Counted from the stretch's first letter, positions 20,375 through 31,810 are shown. The stretch: DNA of 64,000 bases from an uncultured Bacteroidales bacterium (GCA_963741935.1 CAVUJY010000017.1:14264-78263); one strand, 5' to 3'. The notes: generated from the letters alone by a model not told the origin. Numbers and translations are program-made.

Positions 20375-21841
20375 TCAGTCTTTTAAAGGTATATTAATTA
20401 CAACATCAATCAGAAGATCCCAGAACATCTGTGCAGTTTTGATTTCAATCTTTTCTTCGGGAGTATGTGCACCTCTTATTGTAGGTCCGAATGATATCAT
20501 GTCAATACCCTTTATCTTTTCATAAACAAGACCACATTCAAGTCCGGCATGAATTGCCCTTACCAGCGGATCTTTCCCAAAAAGTTTTTTGTATGACCGG
20601 TGGGTTATGTTGAGAATTTCCGATGTAAGGTTAGGTTTCCATCCGGGATAACCGTCAGAGTGAATTACTTTAGCCCCTGCCAGCCTCATACATGATTCAA
20701 CCATTGCTGCTGCATCGATATTTTGATGATTCAACAGAACTACGTTGCGTGGTAACAATTTTTATAGTATTGTTTTCTCCGAATTTGGCTGATGCAAGAT
20801 TTGTTGAAGTTTCCACCAGATCCTCCATCTCTTTCGACCATGCAATTACTCCATGAGGACAGCAAGTTAGTGCATTCAGAAGTTTTACCTGACTTTCTTT
20901 ATCCATTGTCAACGGCAGGCAGATCGGCATCTTTATATGTTATCGTGCAGCTCTTTCTCAAGTGTCCCAAACTCATCTTTAAGAATTACTGCGAAATCAT
21001 CGATCCACTGAGTAATATTTTCCTTCTCGGTTTTCTTAAAGACAATAGTTGAAAATGCTTCCCTTGGAATTGCATTTCTGAGATTTCCCCCATCAAAATA
21101 TGCAACAGAAATATTATATTTGTTTGAGAGGTTCCAGAGTAACCTGTTCATCAGTTTAACTGCATTTCCATACCCTTTATGTATCTCATCTCCCGAATGA
21201 CCTCCATGAAGCCCAAGCACGGAAATGGAAAGAGATGCTGAATCCTTTTCAACAGGTACAGCATTATAGTTCATGATACCTTCAGTATCCATGCCTCCTG
21301 CACATCCAATAAAAAGTATTCCTTCGTCTTCTGAATCAAGGTTAATTAATATTCTGCCGGTGAAAAAATCGGAATGAAGATTAATAGCACCAGTCATACC
21401 AGATTCTTCATCTACTGTAAAAAGACATTCAATTTTACCTGCCTTAAGATCTTTATCTGTAAGTATTGCAAGCTGAGCTGCTATACCAATACCATCATCT
21501 GCTCCCAGTGTTGTGCCTTTTGCAGTAACCCATTCACCTTCCAGAACAGGTAAAATCGGATCGGTATTCCAGTCATGGGGATAATCGGCATTTTTTTCAC
21601 CAACCATATCCATATGACTCTGAAGAACAATTGTTTTACGATTCTCCATACCTGCACTTGCCGGCTTGATTATGATAATATTTCCAACCTCATCTTCACG
21701 ATATTCGAGATTTTTTTTCTTTGCAAAATTTATAAGATATTGTCTGATCTGTCCCTCATTCTTTGACAAACGTGGAATTTTACAAATTTCTTCAAAATAG
21801 ATCCAGAGTGCTTCCGGATTTAAGTGACCTAATATGCTCAT
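20375..21841 (-). pseudogene. pepD: Aminoacyl-histidine dipeptidase (PepD, M20C), with two frame breaks.
   Basis: Fragments 20933..21841, 20697..20930 and 20375..20758. ..IPRLSKNEGQIRQYL..LQSHMDMVGEKN..TTLGADDGIGIAAQLAIL..FTVDEESGMTGA.. and C-terminus ..AIHAGLECGL..SFGPTIRGAHTPEE.. Confidence 0.8.
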
Positions 21842-21982
21842 GCCAGGAATAATGTATCGCTAATAAGCCACAAAATTACTATTTATTTTCTACTTTGAGT
21901 CCCATTTTTAAATATATGTAGTGCCCATGTGATGAGGAAATTTCACTATTTTTACAAATAACTTTTGAAAAATTAAAAGAAT

Positions 21983-23188
21983 ATGAGCATATCAAAACCC
22001 ACAATAGTAGTTTTACCCGGCGATGGGATAGGAGAAATAGTCCTTCAGGAGTCTTTAAGAGTACTTGATGCGGCAGGATTTGATGCCAATTATGTGCATG
22101 GAGATATTGGATGGGAATTCTGGTGCATAGAAGGTAATCCTTTACCACAGAGGACTATAGATCTTATTGCAAAGCATAAAATTGCTCTTTTTGGCGCTAT
22201 CACCTCCAAACCAAATGATGAAGCCAAAGCTGAACTTAATCCTGATTTACAGGGCAAAGGATTTACTTACTCAAGTCCCATTGTAGGATTGAGACAACAT
22301 TTTGATCTTGATATTTGTGTTCGTCCATGTAAGTCCTATAAAGGAAATCCCCTGAATTTTGTGAGAAGAGGGAAGGGGAATACAATAGACGAACCTCTGA
22401 TTGATGTGGTAATATTCCGTCAGAATACTGAAGGTTTATATTCAGGTGTTGAATGGACAAATCCTCCGGAGCAGGTTTATAAGGCACTTATGACCCATCC
22501 GAAATTCGGCGCTAATTTTGGAAAGGTACCTGTTGATGAGTTATCTGTATCAACAAGGATATTTACAAGGAAAGCCACCATTCGCATCCTGAATGCAGCC
22601 TTTGAACATGCCCGAAAATTCGGCTATAAATCAGTTACTGTTTGCGAAAAGCCTAACGTGATAAGGGAGACATCAGGATTGATGTGGAAGCTGGCAAAAG
22701 AGATACATAAAAACTCATATCCTGAGATTAAGCTTCTCAATACCAATATTGATGCCCAGATGATGTGGCTTACCAAAAATCCTGAGGAATATGGGGTTAT
22801 AGTAGCTGGAAATATGTTTGGAGATATAGCCTCAGATGCTTTTGCAGGTTTGATTGGGGGACTCGGGTTTGCCTGTAGTGCACAGTTCTCATCCGATGGT
22901 ATTGCAGTTTTTGAGCCAACTCACGGTTCAGCTCCCAAGTATGCCGGCTATGAAGTTCCGATTGTAAATCCGATAGCTATGATTGAGTCTGCTTGTATGA
23001 TGCTTGACTATATTGGTGAGAAAAACATTTCAGAAAGGATAAGAAAAGCTGTTGCATCTGTTATTGAGGAAGGAAATGTGCGCACTTATGATATGATGAA
23101 GATGTCGGGCAGACCTGAAGTTATTCAGAATGGTGCAGCTTCAACTTCTATGATGACCGATGCAATAATAGCTAAATTAAAGCAATAA
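21983..23188 (+). CDS. Isocitrate/isopropylmalate dehydrogenase family protein, probably isocitrate dehydrogenase.
   Basis: Intact 401 aa. N-terminus ..IVVLPGDGIGEIV.., ..GLRQHFDLDICVRPCK.., ..IFRQNTEGLYSG.., ..GNMFGDIASDAFAGLIGGLGF.. The substrate assignment is not secure from sequence alone. Confidence 0.7.
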   Translation: MSISKPTIVVLPGDGIGEIVLQESLRVLDAAGFDANYVHGDIGWEFWCIEGNPLPQRTIDLIAKHKIALFGAITSKPNDEAKAELNPDLQGKGFTYSSPIVGLRQHFDLDICVRPCKSYKGNPLNFVRRGKGNTIDEPLIDVVIFRQNTEGLYSGVEWTNPPEQVYKALMTHPKFGANFGKVPVDELSVSTRIFTRKATIRILNAAFEHARKFGYKSVTVCEKPNVIRETSGLMWKLAKEIHKNSYPEIKLLNTNIDAQMMWLTKNPEEYGVIVAGNMFGDIASDAFAGLIGGLGFACSAQFSSDGIAVFEPTHGSAPKYAGYEVPIVNPIAMIESACMMLDYIGEKNISERIRKAVASVIEEGNVRTYDMMKMSGRPEVIQNGAASTSMMTDAIIAKLKQ

Positions 23189-23200
23189 TATAATCAGATT

Positions 23201-23753
23201 ATGAATGAACAGATTTATAAATTATGGCCGGAACTGGAATGGATCAGTGACAAATCGCTCAGGGATAAAACTGCCAGGACATGGGAACTTGCTTTTTCGA
23301 AAAGCGTACTTAAGCCGGAAGACCTGGAAAAAATCCCGTTCACACTTCTCTGCGGACCTGATCTGAAGGTCAGTTTCATGGCACATAAAAGATGTGTTGT
23401 CCATATTGCCCGGGAAAGCGGGGAGAAGATGAATGAATTCTTTAAGGATGATCTTCCCGTTAACATGGATACCCTTATTTCAGGTGCAATTCTTGCTGAT
23501 GTAGGAAAACTGCTTGAATATGAGCTTGATGAAGATGGGACGGGCTGTTCAGGGGAAATACGGACAGTATCTCAGACATCCTTTCTCCGGTGTTTCTCTG
23601 GCTGAAGAATGCGGTGTTCCACCTGAGGTTTGCCATATTATTGCGGCACACGCTCATGAAGGAGATCTGGTTAAAAGGACTACAGAAGCCTATATTGTTC
23701 ATCATGCTGACTTCATGACATTCCTGCCTTTTAAGAGCAGGCTGATCGTGTAA
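23201..23753 (+). pseudogene. HD-domain phosphohydrolase-like protein, with one frame break.
   Basis: Fragments 23201..23605 and 23514..23753. ..HKRCVVHIARE..ISGAILADVGK.. and ..IIAAHAHEGDL..IVHHADFM.. Confidence 0.55.
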
Positions 23754-23822
23754 TCTTCATTGTAAGCTTAAATGAGCTCTGATATATATACCTGCTGCTA
23801 TTTTAATTAGTCGGAGTTGCTG

Positions 23823-26291
23823 TTAATGGTAGAGCCAGTCTGCTGGTACAATTGATTTCATTTGCCCGGGTGCTTCAACCAGAAACTCAAGTCCTGAACC
23901 GCCTTCACCCTGAAAATACTCTATCTCTATCCTGTGAGATCCTTTTTCCAAAGGATAATATCTGCCTTCTTCCTTCATACCATGAATACCATCATTCATA
24001 ACCGCATCGAGGTTGTCAATTGTCATTTTACTCCCATCGTCGGAATTAATAAAGAAACCGTAAACACCATCAGCGGGAATTTGTATATAACCTTTAAAAA
24101 CAATACCATAGAATGAATTCTTGCCTGCGGCAGCATTGCTTACACTGGTCACTGTTTTTCTCTGAACTGGCTTTAAGGTTGAAAAATCAGGAAGCATAGT
24201 AAATCTGCCATCATAAATAGCAGCCTGCAGCCCGGGTTTTAGTTGTGAGGAAGCAACAGCCGGGATAAGATTCTTTTTCTCAATATCATATGATATAACC
24301 CGGCTACTGACGTTTTCCCACTTTGTAAACGCTTTTATTGTAGCAGAGGATAAAATATAAAAGGGACCCTGGTATCTTAAGGAGTTATCATCCGGTTCGG
24401 TGCCATCGAATGTATAAAATATTGTTCCTCCCGGCCTTGAAGAAACAAGCTCTGCCGTAAAGACTCCTGTAAAAATACCTTGAGACGGTTTCAGTGCAGG
24501 AGGAATGAAATTTTTATTGGCTCTGAGGACGTTCTCAACACCCATTTTATTTATTTTTCTATCATAAGTCATGAGTCCGTTAGTCTCTGTTTCAACATCT
24601 GTAGTTTGTGTATAGATTGTTGCACTAAGTCCATTTTCTTTTACAAACCTGTAAACATCATTATAGTACTGTTCATACTTTGTGAGAAGCTGGAGTGAAT
24701 CCTCCATATTACGGTAACCCCAGTTTCTTTTTTCCCATGTGTGATTCTGAACGGGGAGTCCCAGTCCACCGAACTCACCGAGTACAATTGCTCTTTTTTC
24801 TTCAGCAGGCTGGCATACCGGGTCGGGATAATGGTGAATGTCACTGATATCTCCTGTCCCCCTGTCGGTCCATCCTGAAGCACTGTTAACTAATCTTGTT
24901 GTATCATAATCTGCAATAAGCTGAGTAATTCTTCCGGTTTCAAATTGTCCCCAACCTTCATTAAAAGGAACCCACATTATGATTGAAGGATGATTGTACT
25001 TTGTTTCAATCATTCGTTTTAATTCATATTCAAATTGTTGGGTTGCTTCCTGAGATTTCTCAATATCCGGCTGGTCTCCGCTTATATGTTTATCCCCGCT
25101 TGGCATATCCTGCCATACAAGAATTCCCATTTTATCGCACAGGTAATAGAATATTCTGTTTTCGACTTTAACATGTTTGCGCAGCATATTAAATCCCATG
25201 GCTTTAGTCATCTTCAGGTCATATAACATTGCTTCCTCAGTTGGTGGGGTATAAATTCCATCAGGCCAGAAACCCTGATCAAGCGGACCATTCTGATATA
25301 CAAATTTATTATTTAACAGAATCCTGGTAAATCCATCAGAAGTTTTTCCAAGAGCGACTTTTCTGATCCCGGTATATGAATTTACCTTATCAATAGTTTT
25401 GTTTCCATTTTTAAGTTCTATTATTATATCGTAAAGGTCAGGCTTTTCGGGACTCCAGAGTAAAGGATTTTCTATATGTAATGAAATTGCCTTGTTACTT
25501 TCACCGCTTTCTGTTGCTATCTTTTTCCCGTCCTTTTTTACTGTTATTTTAAGTGTGTTTGCATCCTCATTCTCAACTAAGGTTTTTATAGATATTATAC
25601 CATTGTCAGCATCAGTGACAGTACGAAAAGATGCAATATGAGTTTTATTCACTGGTTCAATCCATATAGTCTGCCAGATTCCTGTAGTGGGAGTATACCA
25701 GATTCCACCCGGGGAAGAAACCTGTTTGCCACGAGGCTGTGTGCCTTTGTCGGTTGGATCCCAGACACATACTAGAAGCTCATGAAGCTTATTGTCACCC
25801 AGTAAGTTAGTAATATCGAATGAAAAAGGATCATATCCTCCCGAGTGTTTTCCAACCTCTTTACCGTCAACCCAAACAGTTGTTTCCCAGTCGGACGCCT
25901 CAAGATTCAATAACAGGTTCCTGTTTTTCCATCTGTTAGGCACCTTAAATGATCTTCTGTACCACAAACTTTCTGTTTCGGAAATTCTTTTCTTTACTCC
26001 CGACAATGCTGATTCAACAGGATAAGGAACTAGAATGGATCCATCCCATTTATCAGGTTTTATATCTTTTGGTGTTATTGCGTAATCCCACAAGCCGTTC
26101 AGACTGATCCATTCATTTCTGACCATATCGGGACGCGGGTAACTTAACCATGGTTTTAGAGGATCAACATCGGATGACCATTTTGTAAGAATCGGATTTT
26201 CAGTGATTTTCCACTGGGTTTGCTTATTAAGTGTACATGATACACTTAATAAACAAAGTATTACAATCACAGGTAGTCTGAAAGTTTTCAT
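23823..26291 (-). CDS. Glycoside hydrolase family 2 lipoprotein with C-terminal chitobiase-like and PA14 domains.
   Basis: Intact 822 aa. Signal and lipobox ..ILCLLSVSC. GH2 sugar-binding, Ig-like and TIM regions (..WYRRSF..NLEASDWETTVWVDGKEVG..; ..NHPSIIMWVPFNEGWGQ..). C-terminus ..TIFYTFDGTEPD..YQGPF.., then PA14-like ..FKGYIQIPADGVYGFFINSDDGSKMTIDN.. Confidence 0.8.
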   Translation of the reverse strand: MKTFRLPVIVILCLLSVSCTLNKQTQWKITENPILTKWSSDVDPLKPWLSYPRPDMVRNEWISLNGLWDYAITPKDIKPDKWDGSILVPYPVESALSGVKKRISETESLWYRRSFKVPNRWKNRNLLLNLEASDWETTVWVDGKEVGKHSGGYDPFSFDITNLLGDNKLHELLVCVWDPTDKGTQPRGKQVSSPGGIWYTPTTGIWQTIWIEPVNKTHIASFRTVTDADNGIISIKTLVENEDANTLKITVKKDGKKIATESGESNKAISLHIENPLLWSPEKPDLYDIIIELKNGNKTIDKVNSYTGIRKVALGKTSDGFTRILLNNKFVYQNGPLDQGFWPDGIYTPPTEEAMLYDLKMTKAMGFNMLRKHVKVENRIFYYLCDKMGILVWQDMPSGDKHISGDQPDIEKSQEATQQFEYELKRMIETKYNHPSIIMWVPFNEGWGQFETGRITQLIADYDTTRLVNSASGWTDRGTGDISDIHHYPDPVCQPAEEKRAIVLGEFGGLGLPVQNHTWEKRNWGYRNMEDSLQLLTKYEQYYNDVYRFVKENGLSATIYTQTTDVETETNGLMTYDRKINKMGVENVLRANKNFIPPALKPSQGIFTGVFTAELVSSRPGGTIFYTFDGTEPDDNSLRYQGPFYILSSATIKAFTKWENVSSRVISYDIEKKNLIPAVASSQLKPGLQAAIYDGRFTMLPDFSTLKPVQRKTVTSVSNAAAGKNSFYGIVFKGYIQIPADGVYGFFINSDDGSKMTIDNLDAVMNDGIHGMKEEGRYYPLEKGSHRIEIEYFQGEGGSGLEFLVEAPGQMKSIVPADWLYH

Positions 26292-26425
26292 ATTATAAAT
26301 TTTGGAGGTTATTTCATATTAGTCGAATGCAGATGTTATGGCAGAAAATGAAATTATAAGAATATTTTTTTTATAGGAAAGCATCAGTCACCTGTTTAAA
26401 CATAAATCAGCTGTCCGTAATAATT

Positions 26426-28339
26426 TTATCCCAGTTTCATCTTTTCTACCTCTTCAATATTTCTTTCGTTTGTCACAGCCTTGGCATCAGGAGTATATAA
26501 GTAGTCAATAAGATTCTGATATTTTTCCATGATCTTTCCCCTTACAATTTTCATTGTTGAGTTCATCAGGCCATTATCCTCAGTAAAGCTTTCTTCAAGA
26601 ATGCCAATTGCTACAGGAAGCCATCTCTGAGGAAACATATTGCCGTATTTACCATTTGTCCGGTATTCGAATACTTCATTTTCAATTAGCATAATCACTG
26701 CCCTTTTTCCTTCATCTGAATCAGCAGTAAGGTTTTTCTCTTCAAGATATAACTTGAGCGCATGCTGATTTGGAACTACAATAGCCACAGTATAAGGTTT
26801 CTGATTATTGTACAGCATGCACTGATCAATATATTTTGACTGTTCGGAAATAGCTTCTTCAATGCCTTCAGGACTGAATTTTTCACCATCATCGGCGATA
26901 AGCAGACTTTTAAACCTACCCAGCACATACAGGAAATCATCATCTGACACGTAACCCATATCTCCTGTGTAAAGCCATCCGTCTTTGATACTTTCCTTTG
27001 TGGCAGCTTCATTTTTCCAGTAGCCATACATTACATTACCTCCGCGTATAACTATTTCTCCTTTTTCTCCCTTTGGAAGTTCTTTACCATCATCGTCACA
27101 TATCTTAAGATCCATGTTATTTACTATTACCCCTGAGGATCCAAGTTTGTGTTTGCCTGTAGAATTTGATGAGATCACCGGAGATGCTTCACTTAATCCA
27201 TAACCCTGGTACATCGGGATTCCCAGCGCATAAAAGAATCGTTGTAATTCAATATCCAGTAATGCTCCTCCTCCGATAAAATAATCAAGTTCGCCACCAT
27301 ATCCTTCTCTGATCTTACTGAAGAGTATCTTGTCATATAGCCTCAGGAGAGGTTTATTTATTCTGGATAGGCCAGTTCCTTTATTCCATCCCTCTTTGTT
27401 ATATGAATACGAAATCTTAAGTGCATGATTGAAAAGCATTTCAATCATTGTTCCCTTTTCTTTTATTCCTTTCTCAATATTCTTTCTGAAATTTTTAGCA
27501 ATTGCAGGAACGCTCATAAGCAGGTTTGGCTTTATCTCTTTAAGGCAAACCGGAAGATTTCTTAAAGTTTCCATTGGAGTTTTTCCTGTTTTTACCGATG
27601 CTATGCTGGCGCCACTTCCCATGAAAGCAAATATTCCGCATGTGTGCCCAAAAGAGTGATCCCATGGAAGAATCAGAAGTGTTTTATAAAATGAAGGAAT
27701 GTCCATCAGACTGTATGCCTGGTATACATTGGTAACATAGTTGCCGTGAGTAAGAATGATACCTTTGGGATCAGCAGTAGTTCCGGATGTATAACAAATA
27801 TTTGCGAAATCAGAAGGAGTAATGCTCTTGCTTAACTCTTCAAATTTCGTCGTATTACCGGGCAGATCTAGCCATTCCCTTCCAATTTTTCTGACTTCAT
27901 TGAAATGGATCTCATTTTCGCCATATTCCTCCTGAGTATCGAAATGAATGATTTTTTCTATTGAAGGACATTCACTCAGTACATCATTTAATTTCATTGC
28001 CTGTATTGAAGAGACAAGAATCATCCGTGATCCTGAATGGTTTATCCTGAATTTAATTTCTTCCGGATTGAGTTTTACCGAAAGAGGTACATTCACAGCC
28101 CCGGTATAAAGAATTCCCAGTTCTCCGATTACCCAGCTGTTTCTGCCTTCAGAAATCAGACTTAGTCTGTCGCCTTTATTGATGCCAAGCTGTATCAGGC
28201 CTGCTGCGAATTCATAAACCTGTTTCCTGGTTTCTCCATAGGTTGTACCCTCATATTTGTCATTGGGTTTTTCCCACAGGTAAACATTATTACTGAACTT
28301 TTCAACACTTTCTTCAAAGAATTGTATAATGGATTTCAT
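26426..28339 (-). CDS. Long-chain fatty-acid-CoA ligase (AMP-binding superfamily).
   Basis: Intact 637 aa. AMP-binding motif ..ICYTSGTTADPKGIILTHGN.., ..YGLSEASPV.., ..TGDMGYVSDDDFLYVLGRFK.. Confidence 0.8.
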   Translation of the reverse strand: MKSIIQFFEESVEKFSNNVYLWEKPNDKYEGTTYGETRKQVYEFAAGLIQLGINKGDRLSLISEGRNSWVIGELGILYTGAVNVPLSVKLNPEEIKFRINHSGSRMILVSSIQAMKLNDVLSECPSIEKIIHFDTQEEYGENEIHFNEVRKIGREWLDLPGNTTKFEELSKSITPSDFANICYTSGTTADPKGIILTHGNYVTNVYQAYSLMDIPSFYKTLLILPWDHSFGHTCGIFAFMGSGASIASVKTGKTPMETLRNLPVCLKEIKPNLLMSVPAIAKNFRKNIEKGIKEKGTMIEMLFNHALKISYSYNKEGWNKGTGLSRINKPLLRLYDKILFSKIREGYGGELDYFIGGGALLDIELQRFFYALGIPMYQGYGLSEASPVISSNSTGKHKLGSSGVIVNNMDLKICDDDGKELPKGEKGEIVIRGGNVMYGYWKNEAATKESIKDGWLYTGDMGYVSDDDFLYVLGRFKSLLIADDGEKFSPEGIEEAISEQSKYIDQCMLYNNQKPYTVAIVVPNQHALKLYLEEKNLTADSDEGKRAVIMLIENEVFEYRTNGKYGNMFPQRWLPVAIGILEESFTEDNGLMNSTMKIVRGKIMEKYQNLIDYLYTPDAKAVTNERNIEEVEKMKLG

Positions 28340-28520
28340 TTACAGAGGTTTTAGGTTAGTCTACATTTTGATAAGCCGAATATACAAAATTCAGAGTATT
28401 TTAGCTCATCATGGCTATTATTAATATCCTGTGATTTTGTTTTATAATATTTTGTATCTTTGATTATTGTCTTTCAAAATGGCATAACAGAAAGTTATAT
28501 AAAATTAAAATTATTTTATT

Positions 28521-28979
28521 ATGAGACATTTCTCTGCAATTATTTTCATCCTGCTTCTTGTAGTAGTCACTCCATCCTGTAAATATTTTAATCGTGGAAA
28601 AAAGGAGAAAGCAGCTGCAGCGCTTCGGGCGCATCAGGATAGTGTCCGGGTTGCTGACTCTCTTAAGAAAGTTCAGGACAGGTTAATGGCGGAAGAACTT
28701 GCCAGGATAGATTCTGTTAATCAGGCTGAAGCTGAGCGATTAGCCCAGCAGTCAAAGTATAATATTGTAGTTGGCAGTTTTATAACTCCTGAATATGCAA
28801 GAAACTTTTCTGAGGAGTATAAAGCACAGGGCTATCAACCCAAAATAATAAAGATGGATGGCAGCAGGTTTGAACTGGTAGTAGCTGAGTCTCATAAGAA
28901 TTTCAGGAACGCTCTGTCGCGTCTGAAACAATTTCAGGATACCACCACCATTGATGCATGGATGTATATCAGAAAGTAA
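28521..28979 (+). CDS. SPOR-domain lipoprotein.
   Basis: 152 aa. Signal and lipobox ..LLVVVTPSC. C-terminal SPOR-like ..YNIVVGSFITPEYARNFSEEYKAQGYQPKIIKMDGSRFELVVAESH.. Confidence 0.7.
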   Translation: MRHFSAIIFILLLVVVTPSCKYFNRGKKEKAAAALRAHQDSVRVADSLKKVQDRLMAEELARIDSVNQAEAERLAQQSKYNIVVGSFITPEYARNFSEEYKAQGYQPKIIKMDGSRFELVVAESHKNFRNALSRLKQFQDTTTIDAWMYIRK

Positions 28980-29008
28980 AATTTAGTATACTAAAATATA
29001 TTTTTTGT

Positions 29009-29047
29009 AAAAGCCTGATGTATTCAATTTGAATATATCAGGCTTTT
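29009..29047. terminator. Bidirectional rho-independent terminator between the convergent SPOR gene and purA.
   Basis: aaaagcctgat...atcaggctttt forms an 11-bp stem flanked by an A-run on one side and a T-run on the other. Confidence 0.6.
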
Positions 29048-29061
29048 AAAATTCTGTATGC

Positions 29062-30330
29062 TTATAACTTTCTGAATATGGTCTCTTCCCGATCGGGTCC
29101 AACCGAGACCATGGTTACAGGAATTCCTGTTTGTTCCTCAATAAACAGAATGAAATTTTTCAGAGCAGATGGAAGCTTGTCAAATTCCTTTGTTTCGGAG
29201 ATATTTTCGCGCCATCCTGGAAAAGTGGTATACACTGGTTCGATACCCGACTCATTAATAAAAGGTATTTCATCGCATTCTTTTCCATCCACTTTGTAGG
29301 AGGTACATATTTTAATATTTTCAAAACCCGACATTACATCAGCTTTGGTCATGAATAGTTGTGTAATACCGTTGATCATTATTGAATATTTTAAAGCTGG
29401 AAGGTCGAGCCATCCGCATCTGCGAGGTCTTCCGGTAGTTGAACCGAATTCCTTTCCAATGTCTCGTAAGGTGTTGCCTGTCTCATCACTCAGTTCAGTA
29501 GGAAACGGACCGCTTCCTACCCTGGTACAATAAGCTTTAAAAATTCCGAATATTTCACCAATGCGTCTTGGTGATACTCCAAGCCCGATACAGGCGCCGG
29601 CACTTATTGTATTTGAAGAAGTTACAAATGGATACGATCCGAAATCAACATCCAGCATCGTTCCCTGAGCTCCTTCGGCAAGAATTTTCCTGCCTTTTCC
29701 TGAAAGATCATTTACAAGGTATTCAGTATTAGCAATACTGAATTTTTTTAAAAGGTCGATTCCTTCAAACCAGCCTTGCTCATACTCTTTAAGATCAAAC
29801 TTAAAGTCATAGTTTTTGAGAATTGAAAGATGCCTGGCTGTATGATAATCGTATAATTCCCTGAAGTTTTTTCTGAGAATATCACCAACTCTCAAGCCGT
29901 TACGGCTTGTTTTATCAGTATAAGCCGGACCAATCCCTTTTAGAGTTGATCCTATTTTGGTAGAACCTTTGTGGCACTCATAAGCAGCATCAAGTATCCT
30001 GTGGCTTGGAAGAATAAGATTTGCACGCGTGGAAATAATAAGTCTTTTTGCAAGCTCCTCAGGAGAGGGTCCCAGTTCTTCAATTTCCCTTTTAAAAACC
30101 GCAGGGTCAATAACAACACCGTTACCTATAATATTGATCTTATCCGGATGAAAAATACCTGATGGTATCAGATGTAAAACATGTTTAATATTATTAAACT
30201 CAAGTGAATGCCCGGCATTCGGTCCGCCCTGAAAACGGGCAATAATATCGTATTGAGGACTTAATGCATCTACAATTTTTCCTTTTCCTTCATCACCCCA
30301 TTGCAGTCCTAACAGTATGTCAATGTTCAT
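29062..30330 (-). CDS. purA: Adenylosuccinate synthetase.
   Basis: MNIDILLGLQWGDEGKGKIVD..FQGGPNAGH..GTTGRPRRCGWLD.. I place the start at the internal ATG (30330), which gives the canonical N-terminus. The track ORF extends to 30438. Confidence 0.9.
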   Translation of the reverse strand: MNIDILLGLQWGDEGKGKIVDALSPQYDIIARFQGGPNAGHSLEFNNIKHVLHLIPSGIFHPDKINIIGNGVVIDPAVFKREIEELGPSPEELAKRLIISTRANLILPSHRILDAAYECHKGSTKIGSTLKGIGPAYTDKTSRNGLRVGDILRKNFRELYDYHTARHLSILKNYDFKFDLKEYEQGWFEGIDLLKKFSIANTEYLVNDLSGKGRKILAEGAQGTMLDVDFGSYPFVTSSNTISAGACIGLGVSPRRIGEIFGIFKAYCTRVGSGPFPTELSDETGNTLRDIGKEFGSTTGRPRRCGWLDLPALKYSIMINGITQLFMTKADVMSGFENIKICTSYKVDGKECDEIPFINESGIEPVYTTFPGWRENISETKEFDKLPSALKNFILFIEEQTGIPVTMVSVGPDREETIFRKL

Positions 30331-30613
30331 ATTATAAAATATGTAAATATTAAAAAATGCTCTACAAGGTACGAAATTATTCAACTTAATTTCAGCCTGA
30401 TTATAGATTGTTAATAAATCATGGGATATATCCGGCAAATGGATTCAGACTGTGAGGTGAAATGATATAATGTCATATGGCAAGATTATTTCTCAATTTT
30501 ATATCAAGAGTTTCTGTATTTGCGTATTGTTATTTTGATCATGGTCATTATATTTGTATATAACCTGACACCTGCGTAGCTTTTGTTATAATTGTGTCTT
30601 TAAATCATTTTAT

Positions 30614-31163
30614 ATGAAAAAACTTTTTACTCTTTCTATTGCATTAATTCTTACTATTTCTTCATTTGCTCAGGATAAACCAGCTGTGTCAACTGAGAAA
30701 AATGTACTGAAAATTAATACCTTAAGCTTGTTTTTAGGAACAGGATCCATTTTTTATGAACATAAAATAAGTGATTTAACCTCCGGACAATTAGGCTTAG
30801 CCTATATGAATTTTAAACTGGGCGATACAAAATTTTCCGGATTAATTCTTACACCTGAATTCAGAATCTATCCTAAGAAAAATGCCATTGATGGATTTTA
30901 TGTTGCTCCTTATCTGCGATATCAGAATTTTTCTGTCGAAAATAAGGAGACTTCATCCAAAGGTTCTCTTACTTCAATGGGAGGGGGGCTTCTTTTCGGG
31001 CAGGCAATGGATAACAGATTCAGGGTTTACAATGGACCTGTTTTTTGGAGGACATTACGGAAATGCCAGTGTATCAGTAAGTTCAGGACAGGATACTTTT
31101 GATTCAAATTTCTTTAACGGATTCAGAATGCGGGTGGGCTTTGCCCTTGGTTTTGCATTCTAA
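30614..31163 (+). pseudogene. DUF3575-type outer-membrane beta-barrel protein, with one frame break.
   Basis: Fragments 30614..31102 and 30882..31163. Signal MKKLFTLSIALILTISSFAQ, ..NTLSLFLGTGSIFYEHKIS..LTPEFRIYP..GFYVAPYLRYQNF.., C-terminus ..GFRMRVGFALGFAF*. Confidence 0.6.
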
Positions 31164-31175
31164 AAAACAGAATAT

Positions 31176-31202
31176 AAAAAGGGGCCGAAAAGGCCCCTTT
31201 TT
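31176..31202. terminator. Bidirectional rho-independent terminator between the DUF3575 gene and the Fur-family gene.
   Basis: aaaaa-ggggcc-gaaaa-ggcccc-ttttt: a GC-rich 6-bp stem with flanking A and T runs. Confidence 0.65.
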
Positions 31203-31286
31203 AATGATATCTGAAGTCGGTTTTCTGATATATGTTACTTTATTCAGTATTACCCAAAACTTTAATCCTGAATTTTTCAGAAGTTT

Positions 31287-31736
31287 CTATTCTTTTTCAC
31301 TATTTGAAATGTTACCGTAAATATATAATGAATGATAGTGAGGTGTAAATCCATGTAATTCACTGGCCGTATTGATTATCTCATGTATTCGCGGATCGCA
31401 GAATTCAATTACTTTGCCTGTCTCAATATCAATAAGATGGTCGTGCTGTCCGCACTGGTAGGCTTTTTCAAACTGGGCAATATTCTTACCGAACTGGTGT
31501 TTTATTACCAGATTGCAGTCAAGTAACAGTTCTATTGTATTATATAATGTTGCCCTGCTTACCCTGTAATTTTTATTCTTCATAAAAATATAAAGCGACT
31601 CAATATCGAAATGACCACTTCGCGTATATATCTCATCAAGAATTGCATATCTCTCAGGTGTTTTTCTATGCCCTTTTTTCTCCAGATAGTCAGTGAAAAT
31701 CTTCTTGACTGTCATTTTTGTATCATCACTAAGCAT
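31287..31736 (-). CDS. Fur-family metalloregulator. It cannot be resolved to Fur, PerR or Zur.
   Basis: Intact 149 aa. ..[49 protein letters not shown].. Confidence 0.8.
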   Translation of the reverse strand: MLSDDTKMTVKKIFTDYLEKKGHRKTPERYAILDEIYTRSGHFDIESLYIFMKNKNYRVSRATLYNTIELLLDCNLVIKHQFGKNIAQFEKAYQCGQHDHLIDIETGKVIEFCDPRIHEIINTASELHGFTPHYHSLYIYGNISNSEKE

Positions 31737-31810
31737 ATTTGATCTAATTTAAAATAATAAACAAAAATATGCAATTTTCCGGATATATTGGAAGAGACTC
31801 CAACTTTAAT

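Noticed and set aside
30331-30438. 36-codon N-terminal extension of purA in the ORF track.
   Set aside because: The internal ATG at 30330 gives the canonical MNIDILLGLQWGDEGKGK N-terminus. The extension is AT-rich leader sequence.
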